64,000 bases of DNA, from assembly GCA_965261735.1 (NCBI GenBank), contig OZ253470.1, positions 320,001-384,000 on the forward strand. Reading direction: 5' to 3'. The notes below the pieces were generated by a model. The model ran no database searches and was not told the origin of the DNA. It saw only the letters and a program-made list of their open reading frames with translations. Positions 62,011 to 64,000 of the stretch are shown in pieces. The position numbers and the translations under genes were made by a program. Position 1 is the first letter of the stretch; each line of letters opens with the position of its first letter. The stretch is from Alphaproteobacteria bacterium (GTDB taxonomy: Bacteria; Pseudomonadota; Alphaproteobacteria; SHVV01).

Positions 62011-64000
62011 CAGCGCTCTCCCCCGAACCCGGCCGGATTGCGCTGGTGCGACAGCGCCGATATCTCGTCGAGAACGTGACGCCGCCCCCATCGCTCGACG
62101 ACGCGACGCTGGTCGATCTTTCTTGCCTCGACGACGACGCGCAGGGCGAACCTCTTTCGGTGTTGTGGGAGAATGAGCTCGACGCCCGCGTGCTTGAGGA
62201 CGACGGCTGGTCTGGGGTCGCCGACAAGGGCTTCGACGATCCGATGCTGTTCGCGGCCTATCTCCGTACGCTGTCGTGGAACTGCGTGACGGCAACCGAC
62301 CCGAATCTCTTTCAGGCGCCGTTCCGTGCCGGCATCCGCATCGACGCCTATCAGCTCGACCCACTGCGCAAGGCGCTCAGGCTGCCGCGCGTCAATCTGT
62401 TCATCGCCGACGACGTCGGGCTCGGCAAGACCATCGAGGCCGGACTCATTGCGCGCGAACTGCTGTTGCGCCGCCGCATCGACCGGATCGTCGTTGCGTG
62501 TCCGCCCGCGATGCTGGACCAATGGCAGGATGAGCTGGAGGCCCGATTCGGTCTCACTTTCGCCATTCTCGACCATACATATGTGACGCGAATGCGCCGC
62601 GAACGCGGCTTCTCGGTCAATCCCTGGACCACCCACTCCCGCTTTCTGATCTCTCACCGCCTTCTCGTCGACGAGGCCTACGCATCAGGTTTGCGCGACT
62701 GGCTTGGCGAGTTCGCCCCCCGATCGCTCCTAATCCTCGACGAAGCGCACAACGCCGCCCCCGCGAGCGGCGCCCGGTACGCAATCGATTCGCAAATCAC
62801 GCGCGCCGTACGCGACATCGCGCCTCGTTTCGAGCATCGTCTGTTCCTTTCGGCGACGCCGCATAACGGGCATTCGAACAGCTTTTCTGCCCTGCTTGAG
62901 ATTCTCGACCCGCAACGCTTCTGCCGTGGGGTTCGCGTACTCAAGGGGCAGCTCGACGAGGTGCTGGTCCGGCGCCTCAAGTCCGATATCCGGGAGCTCG
63001 AAGGTGGTTTTCCGAAACGCTCCGTGGTCCCGGTCGAAATCGACGGGCTGCCAATGGACGCGCCTGAGCTCGTGTTGCCGAGGATGCTGGATGCCTACCG
63101 CCTTGAGCGGGAAAGACGGCTCAAGAACGAATCGCGGTCGCAGCAGACGGCTGGCGCATTGGTGATTGGCGGGCTGCAAAAGCGTTTGTTGTCATCCATT
63201 GAGGCATTCGCGAAAACGCTCTCGGTGCATCGGAAGAGTGTGGAACGCGCGCTGGAAAGGGCGGAGGCAGCCCCAGCGATCTCGGCTGCGCTGCGGGCCG
63301 ATCTCGAACGATTGACCGCCGGCGCGGATCCCGACACCGAAATGACTGGCACGGCCGATCATGACCACGAGGCCGGCGGCGAGATCGGCGAGCCGGACGA
63401 TGCCGAACGATCCGATCCGTCCGAACTGGGATTCGATGATCTGATGACGACGGCGACCGCGGCATCGACAGACAGCAGCCGGGCGGAAGCACGGACGGCG
63501 TTGATGAGCGAACTCGCTCTTGTCGACGAGATGCTCGATGTGGCCGAGGCGAGCCGCTACGACGCCGATCCGCGCGTTCGCAAGATCATCGATTGGATCG
63601 AGGCAAATATGTGCTGGGGGCTGTCGGCGCCCGGTGCCACACCTCCGCGATGGAACGACCACCGCCTTCTCATCTTCACCGAATACGAGGACACGCGACG
63701 TTGGCTCCAACGCTGCCTGAATGAGGCGATCGCGTGTTCCGACGGAGCGTCCGAACGGATTGCCGCCTTCACGGGGATGACCTCCCGCCACAGGCGAGAA
63801 GACATCAAGCACGCCTTCAACACTGAGCCCGGCGACCACCCGCTGCGCATTCTCATCGCAACCGACGCCGCACGTGAGGGGCTCAATCTACAACGCCATT
63901 GCCATGACCTTTTTCACTTCGATCTGCCCTGGAACCCGAGCCGTCTCGATCAACGCAACGGCCGTATCGACCGCAAGCTGCAGCCGGCCGACGAAGTGTT
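62007..64000 (+). CDS. drmD: DISARM SNF2-like helicase DrmD (runs off window)
   Basis: My translation from ATG 62007: ...DDDAQGEPLSVLWE...LSWNCVTATDPNLFQAPFRAGI...PRVNLFIADDVGLGKT...DEAH...SATPHNG...EGLNLQ. Confidence 0.9.
   Translation, partial: MTALSPEPGRIALVRQRRYLVENVTPPPSLDDATLVDLSCLDDDAQGEPLSVLWENELDARVLEDDGWSGVADKGFDDPMLFAAYLRTLSWNCVTATDPNLFQAPFRAGIRIDAYQLDPLRKALRLPRVNLFIADDVGLGKTIEAGLIARELLLRRRIDRIVVACPPAMLDQWQDELEARFGLTFAILDHTYVTRMRRERGFSVNPWTTHSRFLISHRLLVDEAYASGLRDWLGEFAPRSLLILDEAHNAAPASGARYAIDSQITRAVRDIAPRFEHRLFLSATPHNGHSNSFSALLEILDPQRFCRGVRVLKGQLDEVLVRRLKSDIRELEGGFPKRSVVPVEIDGLPMDAPELVLPRMLDAYRLERERRLKNESRSQQTAGALVIGGLQKRLLSSIEAFAKTLSVHRKSVERALERAEAAPAISAALRADLERLTAGADPDTEMTGTADHDHEAGGEIGEPDDAERSDPSELGFDDLMTTATAASTDSSRAEARTALMSELALVDEMLDVAEASRYDADPRVRKIIDWIEANMCWGLSAPGATPPRWNDHRLLIFTEYEDTRRWLQRCLNEAIACSDGASERIAAFTGMTSRHRREDIKHAFNTEPGDHPLRILIATDAAREGLNLQRHCHDLFHFDLPWNPSRLDQRNGRIDRKLQPADEV

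Overview
GC-rich bacterial accessory region, most likely alphaproteobacterial (GTTC-N7-GTTC SOS box, gene content). It is a mosaic of defence islands, IS debris and a few housekeeping-type genes. 1-10805 is the right end of a tRNA-Met-integrated island. It carries the 5' end of a type III R-M Mod-like gene, a GmrSD-like DUF262-HNH-HEPN nuclease, a four-gene operon (C5 DNA methyltransferase, PRTase-like protein, ORC/CDC6-like ATPase, double-Rossmann/CARF-like protein), higBA and a tyrosine integrase. Next come a Tat-exported carotenoid oxygenase/DUF2141/LytTR locus, two inverted 132-bp IS6-type MITEs, an mcrC remnant and a degraded phage head module (capsid, HNH, terminase fragment). 23.2-32.6 kb is a six-gene exported operon: autotransporter, three DUF4384-like proteins, OmpA-caspase-DUF4384 and WD40-caspase. 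The rest holds LysR genes, a group II intron 3' remnant, a LexA-boxed DUF5131-TcmP pair, many IS elements or fragments (IS5, IS1595, IS6, IS256, IS110, IS21, IS630, IS1380), an ABC substrate-binding protein, hup, recQ and, at the right end, an AbiE toxin-antitoxin pair coupled to DISARM drmD. The best candidates for undescribed systems are the methyltransferase-PRTase-ATPase-CARF-like operon and the periplasmic caspase/autotransporter operon. All family calls come from motif recognition by eye; no database search was run.
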